Source: Oikopleura dioica (Eukaryota > Animalia > Chordata). Taken from it: DNA of 64,000 nucleotides. Under the pieces are notes generated by a model that saw only the letters and a program-made list of their open reading frames with translations, searched no databases and was not told where the DNA came from. Position numbers and translations under genes: made by a program. The stretch is from NCBI GenBank assembly GCA_907165135.1, contig OU015570.1:2129929-2193928 (forward strand). Direction: 5' to 3'. This document shows positions 48,427-60,415 of this stretch, in pieces. Positions within the stretch are counted from its first letter, which is position 1. Every line of letters starts with the position of its first letter.

Positions 48427-49831
48427 CTTAATTAATTTTTTATTGGTGGAAGCGCAGGCTCGCTCGCAGTGAAAACTCGAAACGCGTCGCGGCAAAACCT
48501 TCTCGCCCCGGAGCGCCACCATCAGAGTAAGACTGCGCGCTTGAAAGTGGTTCGTTCCTGAAATTTTAATTCTTTCCAAAGGTCAATATCTCGGAAACGG
48601 AAGGGATTGGGAAAAATTGAGAACACAGTTCAATTTCTCTGGTTTCAATACCCCTTTTTTCATTCATAACTCTCAGAACTAAATTTTGGTCCGATTTGCG
48701 TTCGGTCCCTAGCTATCGTCGAAAAGACAAGTTCAACTTCAAAAGGAATCAGCACTTTAATTTTGAAGATATGGAATTATAATTACATTCACCGGAAAGC
48801 GCAGAAAATTCTGTACAAAAGTTACCTAATGGGGTTATGATGGTCGTCACTTCCAACCTTTCGGGATCCCGAATGTTTCGGGATTTCCCGAATCTTTCGG
48901 GATTACTCCCGAATCATTCGGAAATTTCGTTGAGGATTACGTTATGAAAAAGTGGTATAAATGCCGAATTCGGGCATTTTACTTATCAAAAAGAGAACTC
49001 TAGCTGCTTTCGTCAAATTCGATGGTCTAAGAAGGCCAAACATTGTTTCAATTGTGAATTTGCAGTCAAAGAGAATGTGTGCGCTCCGCGCCTGTCTTAT
49101 AGAGAACTTCATGAGTTATAAATCCAATTATTCGTGTAAATTATTTTTTCCTTCGTGCCTTCATTTGCTTCAATAAAGATGTACTTAGACGTTACTATTT
49201 TGCTTTAGATATTTTCTCGGACAGAAATCATTCAAAAATCATCCCCGAAAGGTTCGAAGACAAAAAGGCCCTTTTTCACTGCGAATGTTTCGGGAAATCC
49301 CGAAACATTCGGGATACCGAAAGGTTGGAAGATTCAACCGGTTATGATAACAATAACCTGCCGTGTGCAAGGTGAGCTTTTCCGGAGTGTATCGGTTCCA
49401 CAGCGGGCGTTCGCGCTGCGCGAGGCAATATTTTGGCTTGTTTGCGCTTGATTTCCGCAAAGCGCACGCTAATAACTATGGATTACAGATTCTTACCACT
49501 ACATCAATGATTTTCATAAGACCCCTTTAGGTAACTTTTGTACAGAATTTTCTGGGCTTTCCGGTGAATGTAATTATAATTCCATATCTTCAAAATTGAA
49601 AGTGCTGAATCCTTTTGAAGTTGAACTTCTCTTTTCGACGATACCGACTGAATTAAGAATGATAGAGAAAAACTTAGAGCTGCAATAAAAAGAAGAGTGT
49701 CTGTAGATAATGTTTGCAGAAAGAGTTTCGAAAATAGCTCATATCAAAAATCAATGAAGCGCTCCTGAAGTCGCGCTTCAGCCAGCTCGACAAGGTCCCT
49801 TAAATTGAAAAATACGAACGACATTGCCAAG

Positions 49832-50158
49832 CAGAGTTCCAAAACACGCGTGCGTACGTTTGCACGCACTCGCACGCGGATTTTGAAAATTGTTGCGCAC
49901 GCGCACGCACGCGCACGCGAAGATTGGGATAGCGCACGCACGCGCACGCGAAGATTGGGATCGCGCACGCACGCGTTATAATTAACGATTTAATTAATTA
50001 GAAAGGCTAAAAAAGCTAAAATTCGACAATTCTACCCTTTTTGCGCACGCGTGTTCGAAAGTCGTTTCCGCACGCGCACGCATGCGCACGGGAAATTTTA
50101 AATTTCTCCGCACGCGCACGCACGCGCACGCGAGAATTTTGCGTTTTTTGGAACTCTG
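49832..50158. mobile_element. hAT-type MITE with GCAC repeats
   Basis: TIR CAGAGTTCCAAAA, 8-bp TSD TTGCCAAG, many CGCACG units. Confidence 0.92.
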
Positions 50159-52102
50159 TTGCCAAGCTTCGATCTGTATCTCTTCATCAAGGAAAGAACT
50201 TGGACAAACTCACACGAAACTTTGCGAAGCTCCAAAGCGCCGTCCAGGTCAATCTCAATGCAACTCAGGACCAGCTAGCGCGAATCGACAACGATATTTG
50301 CCGACTCAATAACCGGATGTTGGAAGCTCGATTCGAGGACTGGGCCCGGATCACCGTCGACAAATTCATGGAGGACATGGATTATCAAGTCGCCAGTTTG
50401 GAGAAAGGCTTGATTCCGAGCCGTGTGGAATGGAACAGACTCTTTACGTCTGCGTGTTGGGGATCATGCATTGCTCTGGAACCGAAAATCTGCGAGCGAT
50501 GCTGTGAGAACATGCTGAGAGAATTTCCACAAAAATTAAAACCTTAACTCTACGGGCTGAACATCACTGAAAACTCTCTCGACATCCACATCCAGCTCTC
50601 TTTTCCAATCATCGAATCCGCACCTACACGACTGTATCATGCAAACTCCTTCGGAATCATCTCAAAGGACCCTTCAACCGAATCTCCTGATCGCCCCGGA
50701 CATTTCCCCGTTTGCGACATTGATCCAGAACGAGTTTTACAAAGTTGACCGCTTTAGCTGTTTAAGCGCTCGCAAAAACATGATCTGCCGGCACTCAGCA
50801 ATCTCAAGCGCTTCATGTCTCCGCGATGTCTAGAATTGCAACATCCGGAAAACGGCTACAAAAGCAACCTGTTCCTTCGCTTTCGACAGAAATGGACTCA
50901 TCGTTTACGCGGCAGAGACAGCAATCCTCAGAAACAGAACGGTCTTGTCCGATATCGGATCGGCCCACGATACCTTCACTGGCTTCAAATATTTCCACGA
51001 AACAAGCTTGGAACAGGAAGTCTTTTGTTCTGGATCGCAGCAGCTCATCAAGATCCCAAAAACAAGCATCGTGACGTCTGACAACACCAAGATCGACTTC
51101 AGAGGAGCAAGAAACAACTTCACCTTCAGCGCCGCTCATCTTGACCACAACGACCTCACCGATGACGTCGAGGACCGTCTCGATGACTTGGAGGATGTAG
51201 TCGACGACAACTTCACTCGTTCAAAATCCATATCTCTAATCTCTAATGGTATTCTCATTCATTCTACTCTCTCAATACTGATTCTCTTCACTTGCATGTT
51301 CTGCAGGCGAGTACGCGGACTCGACAAAGCGATAAATAGGCATCTTCAACCACTTGTATAAGCTAGCGCCGTTAAGTTCACACCCACGTCCAACTTCTTT
51401 TTTTTTGGTGGAGTCAAGCCACTTCGAGTCCTACCTCTGGAGAGCCTGGTTAACAAGTCATAAAAAGATATTTTTTTGGTCCGATTTTAATTAAAGAGGG
51501 GGGCGGGAGAGACTTGGTTGACGGCAAGTCTGGCTCTGTATACGTAACGGTTGCAGAACGGGCTTTCCTCGATACCACTTAATACTCCTTACTTTTTATC
51601 GCGGAAGCTAACTCCACGCTGACCGACCCACATAAGCGGCCTTTTGGTAAAGGCGGGGGTTAATTGCTCTGATCGGACACTAGGATTAGAAATTAGCGAG
51701 GTCTAGCGTTTTACAGTTCAACTTATATATGTTGGATAAAGTAGCTAAGTTTAATCGCTTGGTCAACCCTGTACTCCGCTTTGATTATTGCAACCTTCAA
51801 TACTATAATCATTTTTATCAATAGCTCTTGACATCATATACTCAACCCACTTTTCCTTTAAATCTCTTTGTTCTTTTATTGTGCGTGTGTGTGCCTTTCC
51901 GAAGATGCAGGATTCTTCAAACAACGACAAAACAACTCTTCAGAGAAGAAAACGTTGGAATATTACTGTATCTAATCTGTTTCTCAAAGTCCACCCTTAT
52001 ACTACGGTGTAAAACTTAACCGCTCGTGCCAGTCAAAATTTATCCAATCAATGTGTTTGTGTATTTCTTAACCTTCTACAGCTCTAGAATTCTGGTGGTG
52101 GG

Positions 52103-52328
52103 TGATGTGTGTTGACATAAAGTCTCCAATTAATCGCCCGGGCAACCTAGATTAATTAGCACACTTGCGCTCTTTATCAACTGTGCGCACCTTAATCAGC
52201 TGCTTTCCCGCGCTTCTCCCTGTGCAAGATCCAAATAGTATTATTCAATAAAGTGAGCTTGAAAGAGTTGGACGACTTTCTATCACTAAGAATCAATACA
52301 ATACAATAGGCATTACCAAATTGTATCA
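52103..52328 (+). repeat. 3' LTR of element A
   Basis: 225/226 identical to 36031-36256, followed by TSD AGGC. Confidence 0.95.
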
Positions 52329-52785
52329 AGGCATCACTTGTCTTAAATATCTTGTCACTTGACAAAGATTTTTTGAAAAAAAGCGAAAAACTAAATTGTT
52401 TCGAGAGAAAAGACATCGGGGATATTAAATAACATAAGGACTATGCGGAAACTTGCGAACAAATTGCGCAGAAGCGTTTCAAAATAAAACCGCATGATAT
52501 CTTTGCACTTGTGTCAGCATAAAGCATGAGCGAGAAATACAAAAAGGACCTTTCTTGCTCTGATTACAAAATCAAAGCACCAAAATACCAATCATCAGTA
52601 CTATTGAGAGTTGGCTGCGCAATAAATGAATTTTTTCATCTTGCTCAAATATGTCAAAACCAAAGCATATCACGATCGCTATTTCTCATCTACTGAGTTG
52701 TGAGGCAGGTGCAAATATAATTTAAAGCCTTGATAACAAAGAACTGAATGACTGGAGCTTATTCAAAAGCAAACTCATAAGCATA

Positions 52786-53033
52786 ATGGGACGAACTAAA
52801 GAATTCTACAAGCATGAGTTTAGTAAATATCAGAGAGGTGCAAATTCATTCGGAGTCTGTATAGCAAATCTAAAAGCATACTTCAAGAAAGGTTACAACA
52901 AAACCACTATCACTCCTTCCGATGAGAAAATTATTCTTGAAAGATTCATCGATTGCCAGAACCCAAGACTTAAAGAGCTCTTTTTACGTGAAAAATCGAT
53001 GCTGTCAATCGAAAAGAAAAATTTAAAAATATT
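52786..53033 (+). pseudogene. gag: gag fragment of an older gypsy element C (host of A and of the MULE)
   Basis: FSKYQRGANSFGVCIANLKAYFKKGY..ILERFIDCQNPRLKELF. Colinear with the protease and RT pieces downstream. Confidence 0.55.
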
Positions 53034-53410
53034 CGACTCAAACTTCAAATCGATGTTTAGCCCGAACGGCAAATTATGAATAGCCTCATCGAAAAGCCCG
53101 TAGAATTTTGACCAAAGTTACGTTAGTGGCAACACGCGAAACATATCCGAAAACTGGTAATCGAGAGATTACTACAGTTACTTGGTGTGAGACTTGTCGC
53201 CCGCAGCTTAAAGCTCCTCTTTTCAGTGCAAATACCCCAGATTCAACGCCGAGCGCTCCGGGTAACTGAATTAATCTCTTGATCACAAGTTTCCGGATTC
53301 ATTCTGCGAGTCGCCAATAACGTAACTTTGATCAGAATTTAACGGGCTTTTCACTGAGACTATTCACAAGTTGGTCATGTTAGCCGATCGGGCTTAACAT
53401 CGATTTGAAG
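53034..53410. mobile_element. Foldback MITE (~85-bp diverged arms)
   Basis: 53034-53115 is inverted at 53330-53410. No clear TSD. Confidence 0.65.
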
Positions 53411-54399
53411 TGTGAGTCGAAAATTGTTAGACATCTCGTGAACAAGAAAAGGTATAGTCATAATTTTGAACTGTTCTTTTCACTCAAACCTAGCTGAGGG
53501 TCTAATCTGTGGCATGGTGGGGTTTAAAATTCTAGAGATGAGTCATTATTGCGTAATAGACCTCTAAAGTTGAACTTCTCTGAAAATCGCCATTTTCCCT
53601 TTTCCAAACGACCATTTCCCTTTTCTGAAAGAGAAGAACATCTTTCTAGACTCTCTATCTCTCTTTTCCAGAATAAGGCCACCACTCAGGCCCTTTCGAT
53701 AATTTCACGAAACTAAAGTTTAGTTACTAAACTTAAAAAAAAATTAAATAAAAACCATAAAAAACTAAAAATAGGGACAATATAAATTTTTAAATCAGAT
53801 GGTGGTGGGCGGGGTGTGAGACGGTAAAATACAGTATAATAATGCATGACGATGGCACACGCACGAAAACGGACGAGGCATATCCGCAAAGCCGGATAGA
53901 CCTTCTCCGGGCCCTCTCCGGGCACGTGGCGTTGCTAATCGTCATAGTGCTGAAAAGGTGCTCTAGTGACACCACTAGCGCCCTCCACGGTGAGCGTAAA
54001 TATCGCGAGCCGAAAGCACATCAACACACATGTTTTATTGATAATAAAAAGACCGCAATGTCTCCTCAAAAACTAGCAACAACAAACAAATAGAGATATA
54101 TGATAGTAAGTATTTGAGTAGTAGGTGATAGTTTGATAGAGGTAGAATTACTATTAATACGGGGTTAGGGACGCAACTAAGAATGATCAACTCAGGCTTC
54201 TCCCAGCCTTTGTCAAGCCCCTCAAAATTGAAAATCAAGGGACGGGGCTGAAACGAGTTGTTGACTACGTGAAATCCCTTTGACTCCTTGGGAAGGATAG
54301 CCAACAAATATTCACTTGTCCAAATCTTTCATCAGCACCTATTTTTCTCAGATTTGTAAAAATAACTATCAATGATCTTGTCTACACTAGACTCTACAC

Positions 54400-54650
54400 T
54401 GCCATGATAGACACTGGCTGTTCAAGAACTTGTATAAGATCTGACTTACCATTTATAAATAAGACAGCTGAATCAAATAAAAGACTCACTTGCGCAAACA
54501 ATGACTCGATTCGAACACGCATTTTCTGTAGCGAGATTGTTATGACCGCATAGTCTAGATCTGGACAATTGAAACTAATAATAAGACCACTCGTTACTGA
54601 AAAAATATCTGTCCCCATTATTCTTGGTCTTGATGCGCTCAAAAATATGT
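54400..54650 (+). pseudogene. pol: Aspartic protease remnant of element C
   Basis: MIDTGCSRTCI...PIILGLDAL with a stop. Confidence 0.75.
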
Positions 54651-56386
54651 AATCATTAACAATCAGATAATCAAAACAACGACACCGGACTTTTCATGCT
54701 CATTGTTTAAAATCTCAGCAATTATCGAGATAGAAGAGGAGAGTAAATCACTCAAACTATTTCAATCATCACTACAAATAATTGCGTCCCAAACAAATTT
54801 TAAACCAATTATTGGATCGTTTGGCGATGCTAACACTGAACGAAAGCAGCGCTTTAATAGTTGCTTCAGTTCATAAGCTTAGTTAGTTCATAAGCTTCAA
54901 TTTGAGCTATAGAACGTCATAATAGCTCGCGTTAATCAAAAGTTGAAAATCTTGAATTTTCGTATCTGACGATTTCAGTCAACTTTGAGGCATCAGATAC
55001 TACTGATAACGTTGAGGTGCAAAACCAATTTTTGGTGTGTCGATAGAATGGACCCTAAGCTTTCTTCCAAGGCGGAAGAATGCAATTAGTCTGGTCCCAC
55101 GTGCCAGAATTCGACCAAAATCTGAATTCTGGTCCACCGAGCCAGAATTCGTTCCAGAGTTTAATTCTGGTCCCCCGAACCAGAATTCGCCTATTTACTT
55201 CTAGTCTGGCCCCAAGGACCAGAATTGCCATCTGACTACGAATTCTGGCTCACGATAATCTTCATATTTCCTTTCTTCTTCGTTCCAGCTTCATCAGATG
55301 TCCACAGTAGTCCATTGTTGCAATTTGAACGCATTTTTTCTTCTTCGACGATTTGACGATTCTAGATAAAAATATTTTATGTTTTGATTTCAGTCATAGA
55401 GTTTAATCTAAAATGTCAAGCTATCGACAGCTAGAGAACGTATTTATCCGATTCATAACAACTACAAGAAAAGCTGGGTTTCCTGCCTTAGTGATCTCTG
55501 ATGAAGGAACAGATTATCGCTTTACTACTGGTTCTCCGTCTGGTCAATATTATACTTTTCAATGTGAGGATTCTCGTTGTAAGCGTACCTTGAAATTGCT
55601 TGTAAGTTGTTTTCTTCGTTGATTTCTTCCTGACTCTCGCTCTTTAATCTCATGATTAATATTTTAAGCTTTCACCTCAAATTTCTGAGACTAAAACAAC
55701 AACAACAATCAAAAGATTGCCTGATGGCACGGAAAAGACTAAAAAGCGAAATACGTGTAGTATTATTCGAGGTGCTGAGGGAATGGAAAATACTGCGAAT
55801 TACACGATAATTGGTGCTTCAAATGTCCATTCATGTACTGTAGATGGAAATGAAGAAGAAGAAACTGAAATCAAAGCAAAAATTATCGATGCAATTCGCG
55901 ATTTTCTTTATGCCAGTGGAAAGTCCCTCGAAAATGCTACTTGTCAGGACATTCGGTCAAAGCTCCTCAAGATTCTCATCTACGATTATGGCTTTTCCTT
56001 CTCTGAAGTTCGTTACAATTTCCCAAGCCGTAACAAGTTTGATTCATTGATCCGGTACTTTTACTGTTTTTATCATTTATCATTCATTTATCACAGTTAC
56101 CGCTTACTTAAGGGACCTGGCCGAGCAGCGCGCGCCTGAACTTCAGGCGCAAGCAGTATCTGATAAAAATAAGATATTTCAAAAATTTTTTGGGAAGGAT
56201 ATCTACTGTCTCTCAGCTTTCTTCTCGTGTTCTTTATTTTTCACTAGCATAGATTAAAGACTCACAAATTTAGAAAAAGAGAAGTAAAACTTTAAACTGC
56301 ATCAGTTTCTTTACTAAGAACAATCAGATCACGAAAATCATATCATTGAAAAGCCCATTCAATTCTCTATAAATCTTTTAAACTTA

Positions 56387-56581
56387 GCATTTGCGAATTG
56401 TTGTTTTTTGGTTCGTGCGCGCTGATAAGTTATAGAACTCAGCGCACGGAGGCGCATGTGGTGCGATTATGAGCCTCGATCGAGCCAAAATAGTGCAAAT
56501 GCGGGAGATTCCCGCCGTGATTGCGCTACATTCCCGGACTTATCAGCGCGCACGAACCAAAATACAACAATTCGCAAATGC
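56387..56581. mobile_element. PIF/Harbinger-type MITE
   Basis: TIR GCATTTGCGAATTGTTG, 3-bp TSD TTA. Confidence 0.75.
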
Positions 56582-57641
56582 TTAGTCTATATTATAGACT
56601 AAGCTATCGAGACTAAGCTAGGGTTCCGCACGATTGGACCAAAAATTTATTTTTTAATAAAATTTGGAGATTCCACCAAAAATATGCCAAGGAACTCATT
56701 CCTGGCCTCTGTTTTCCCCAAAAATCCCCCCTTCAGCCCTTTTTAGGGCTTCAAAGTAAATTTTGCCAAAGAGGCCTGCTGCGCGCTGATTGGCTGGCGC
56801 TCGTCGCGGGAATATAAATCGGGTAATGCTAACCACCGTCGCCCTGGAGTTGGCTGAGTGGTGAGCGCTTCTCTTTGCAAAGAGGAGGCGGCGAGCTCGA
56901 AGCCAGCTCGAACGCACCCCCTTTTCCATGTTTGGCTTTCTAGCTTCAACATGGAAAACGCGGATGGGCCTCGAAAAAGAAAAATTCTTTTTGAGATTCG
57001 AGCTCACGCCCGTCCGCCAATCCTTTTTGAAGGACTGCGCTCACCACTCAGCCAACAGCTACTTGGGGGGTGGTCCCGTTTACCGAGTTTCGACTCGAAA
57101 TTTCCGGAGTCAAAGTTTCCGGACATTTTTTGGATTTTAATCAATCCCCCCGATTTCGTCAACTTTGACTTCGAACTACTTTTTTTTTGGTCGGTTTTTT
57201 AAAGGTTTTTAAAGGATGAGGGCTCATTTTGAAAATAGCAAAGTTTCGAAATCTTCAAAAATGGGATTCTCAGATTATTAATGAATTTTCTTGAAATTTT
57301 TACTTGTTTATATTCTGCCTATTTATGATATGCTTATTATTTATTATTTTCGAAATATTTTTTGCTTTATATATTATCTGGTTATTAGAATTTAGTCATT
57401 ATAAATGATAGACACTTTAAAAAAGCGAAAAATGATCAGAAATAGCATCATTTGGGCCCAATTCTGATGGAAAATTTTTATTTTTGAAAAAGCGGCCAAA
57501 TTTAAGCTTTCTATAGAGCCCTTATTCGTCTAATTCTATCGACTCTCAAAAGTGGAAAAATTGCGGGACCCTGCGAAATTGAGTGAAAGAAAAAAGAGAA
57601 GTTATAACGACATAGTGATTTTCAGAATTTACATTTTAAAT

Positions 57642-60006
57642 TTACTGTGGAACAATGACAGATTTTTTAAATTTTCGCGGTATGAGCGCTAGCTGGCGTT
57701 GGTCTTCCTGTAGGCTTCTTCTTTTTCTCTCTTCGCGCTGAGTTTTCTGGCTTCTAAAAGCCGCCATCAGCTTCGATTCTGCTTCGTGCGGCTTAAGATC
57801 ATCCAGCCATTCATTCAGCTTGTTGAATTTGGCTCGCCCGTTTTCGTACATCTTTTCGTGACATAGATTTTGGATTGATTTCTCAAATCCCTTGAGAGTG
57901 GCGAAGGACGATTCTTAATTGAAATTCAGATATGCTTTATTCAAAAGAAAATTACCGACTGCTCTGTTCGAGCAACTAATTTTTCTGTCGTCTGGCAAGT
58001 TCAAATCCTTTAGAAGCCCGAAATCCTTCATGTATTTCTTCAGACTTCCACCGACAACAGCAACAGCAACAGTGTTCAGTCGCTTGATTCTTGTTGCGGA
58101 AACCTTCTGGAATCTTTCTTCAATCAGTTCCACGGTTTTTTTAGATTCCTCGGATGAAGACATCAGAGCCGCCTTCTCCAAAAGACACGAATACGGCTCG
58201 TTTGAATCAACAATCGTCTTCATTCGCTGAATCACTGACTGGAACAAGTCTTTCAATCCCAGGAAAGACAGAGCTTCGTTGTTCACCTTTGAGATCTTCT
58301 TGTGGAAATGATTGATGTTCGCGCAGTAGTTCAGGAACAATGTTGCAGCGTCGAGCAAAACCCCATTATCTCGACCGGAGCAAAGTTTGTGGATCTGGTG
58401 AAACTTGCTGTCCTCAAAACTTCTTGTCATCATGTGCTTTGTCGCGTTCATCACCGTCGGAAAATGTCTCACAAGAGCGCCCGAGTTGCGACAGTCATTA
58501 CCGAAGCGCTTGCCTATTAACATTAATTGAGAAAAATCATTCGAAGGAAGTTACCTAGATCGTGAGAGAAATTCTTTGTTTGGCCAGTCCCGGAACCTTT
58601 TATTCTGGTGCTCTCCAAATCGTATTTAAGAAGCAGCTGAAGCGATCGGCGACCATCCTGTTGGACGTACCCAAATTTTTCTGGTTTTCCGAAGACACTC
58701 TTCACAAGTTCCAGTAAGGTAAATGCTTCTTCATTGACCTCTTTTAACGCAGAACAGCTGTTCTTGTCGCAGTTCGAAACGCAGTGCATCGCACAAAAGA
58801 GTGATGGAGGTGCTTCCTTGTTGATTTCCCGCGTCAGTTTTTCTGCAACGATTGCGTTTGCGTTGATTTGAGCTGACTGCTGGTCAGACATAAGGAGATC
58901 AATCTTCTCGCCGATGACTCGTCCCAAACTGGTCTTGTTTATGATCGCAATCATTTGGTCGGCAATTATTTGACTTGTACCTCCGATCGAACGCTCGGTT
59001 CCGATGAGATGAAGCTTGCCAGACTCGTCTATCAGCCCGACTGAAATCGTTTTGGATGCATCTAACATGGCTGCGCCGTCACTTGCGAGGTGGAATCGTT
59101 TGCCTTTAAGAATGACATCTTTGGTGTGCTCTTCGTTCAAATACTTCAATGAATCACGAAGTCGCTCAAACCAGTCAGGCGATGGAACTCTTTTTTCTTC
59201 GCCCAGAAGCTCGGGATAATACTTTGCTGTCGTTTTAAAGAAATTGTGGATGCTACTTGCTGTTTCTCCTTTAATAAGCATTTCCAGCGACAAGTTGATA
59301 AATTTGGGACTCCAAGTTCTGTTATCACCACCTTTTCCGTTACTAGGAAGTTTCCCGCTGCGAAGAAAAATATCGGTGATCGGCGATTTATCTTTAACCA
59401 GTTCCGGCTCATCATTTGCTTCCTGGATTTTGTCGACAACTTCATCTTCTTGGATTATTTCTTCTGATTCAGGCATCCATTTTTCCTCAAGCTCACCAGA
59501 ATCTTCAATGAACACCTCGTTCATTTTGTCGTTGTTGTCTTCGTTGATTTCAGTCGTTTTCAATATTTGCGACAGACCAGTCGATCGGGTTCCAAGATCT
59601 TTCGCCGCAAAAGTAACGCAATCTTCCTTCGAAAAAAACTCGTTTTCGATTCGAAACCAGTGCTCAAGGTCTCGACGAACCTGATTTTTTTTCTTTGTCA
59701 ATTTCATTCCTTTCAAGCAATTGTCAAAGACAAGTTCTGGTTGGTTTGTGATGATGTCTATGAAGGAGGATAGAAAAAATAACTTAGATGTATCATACCT
59801 TCGAGATAGGGAATTATCGCTGAATAAAATCCAGAAGTGTTTCTCGAATGTTTCTTTGCAATTTTCTCCCATTCTTCGGAATTCTCTAAGATAGTTTCGA
59901 GGTATTCTCTTGAAAAGCCGGTGAATCGGACTTTCGTGTTGGAATGCTTAATAATAAGCGGTGCGCGAAGGAACTTCATAAAAGATCGCTTGTTGAAAGA
60001 AAACAT
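57642..60006 (-). CDS. DDE transposase, 4 exons, 746 aa from ATG 60006, no stops after splicing
   Basis: Introns 59758-59798, 58514-58554 and 57914-57955 (41, 41, 42 nt, GT-AG). Exon sum is 2241 nt. Motifs LASDG, LMSDQ, CAMH, NRAVESSF. May extend 5' to ~60230. Confidence 0.85.
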
Positions 60007-60275
60007 CTTGACGATAAAATTGAGAAATATTACTCGCTCAATGATTCAAAAATTCGAATGAATTTTATTGCGTTAAAAAGTTAGGCTGAAATTGTAATCT
60101 AGAAAAAAAATTAAGTTTTCGAGAAAAAAAATGCTTTTTAATTTCTAGAACTTCTACGTCAAGAAAAGACTGAGACAGCACATCAAGCGCAAGAACAGAA
60201 ACTTTATTTGAAAGAGAGTAGAGTTTCTAAAAGAAGAGACAGCTATCATTTTTCGCCCCTAGTCCCCCTATTTAA

Positions 60276-60415
60276 GGGATCCCCCGATCTCACCAACTTT
60301 GACCTCTATCTACTTTTTTGAGCTTACGTAGCTGGTTTTGGGCGCATTAGAAAGCCCGCTTCGAAAGGAGCAAATTCTGGTAGAATCAGCTTGCCAGCAA
60401 AACATTCGCTTATGC
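60276..60415 (+). mobile_element. Left end of a TTAA-GGGATCCCCC MITE
   Basis: Terminus as at 40794, body matches 28735-28830. Confidence 0.65.

Larger units (their letters stand above)
46996..48711. mobile_element. hAT-type non-autonomous element (1716 bp)
   Basis: TIR TAGGGACCGAACGCAAAT, 8-bp TSD GCTATCGT. Confidence 0.92.
46835..49799. mobile_element. Non-autonomous TTAA-GGGACC element with ~290-bp TIRs
   Basis: TTAA TSD. The left arm (46835-46987 + 48720-48850) mirrors 49510-49799. A further small inverted-repeat element lies at ~48851-49330. Confidence 0.9.
46503..51361 (+). pseudogene. env: Paramyxovirus-F-like env of element A, split by two insertions
   Basis: Short F2-like part, GKR|FAGAPALVLAAANLG fusion peptide, heptad region, Cys-rich middle, pre-TM heptad and TM. 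In frame across both insertions once removed. Stops at 46707 and 46719. Confidence 0.8.
36031..52328 (+). mobile_element. LTR element A (16.3-kb composite, env-bearing)
   Basis: 226-bp LTRs 36031-36256 and 52103-52328 (TGAT...ATCA, one mismatch), TSD AGGC, PBS-like TGGTAACTGCAC at 36258, G-rich tract before the 3' LTR. Confidence 0.95.
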
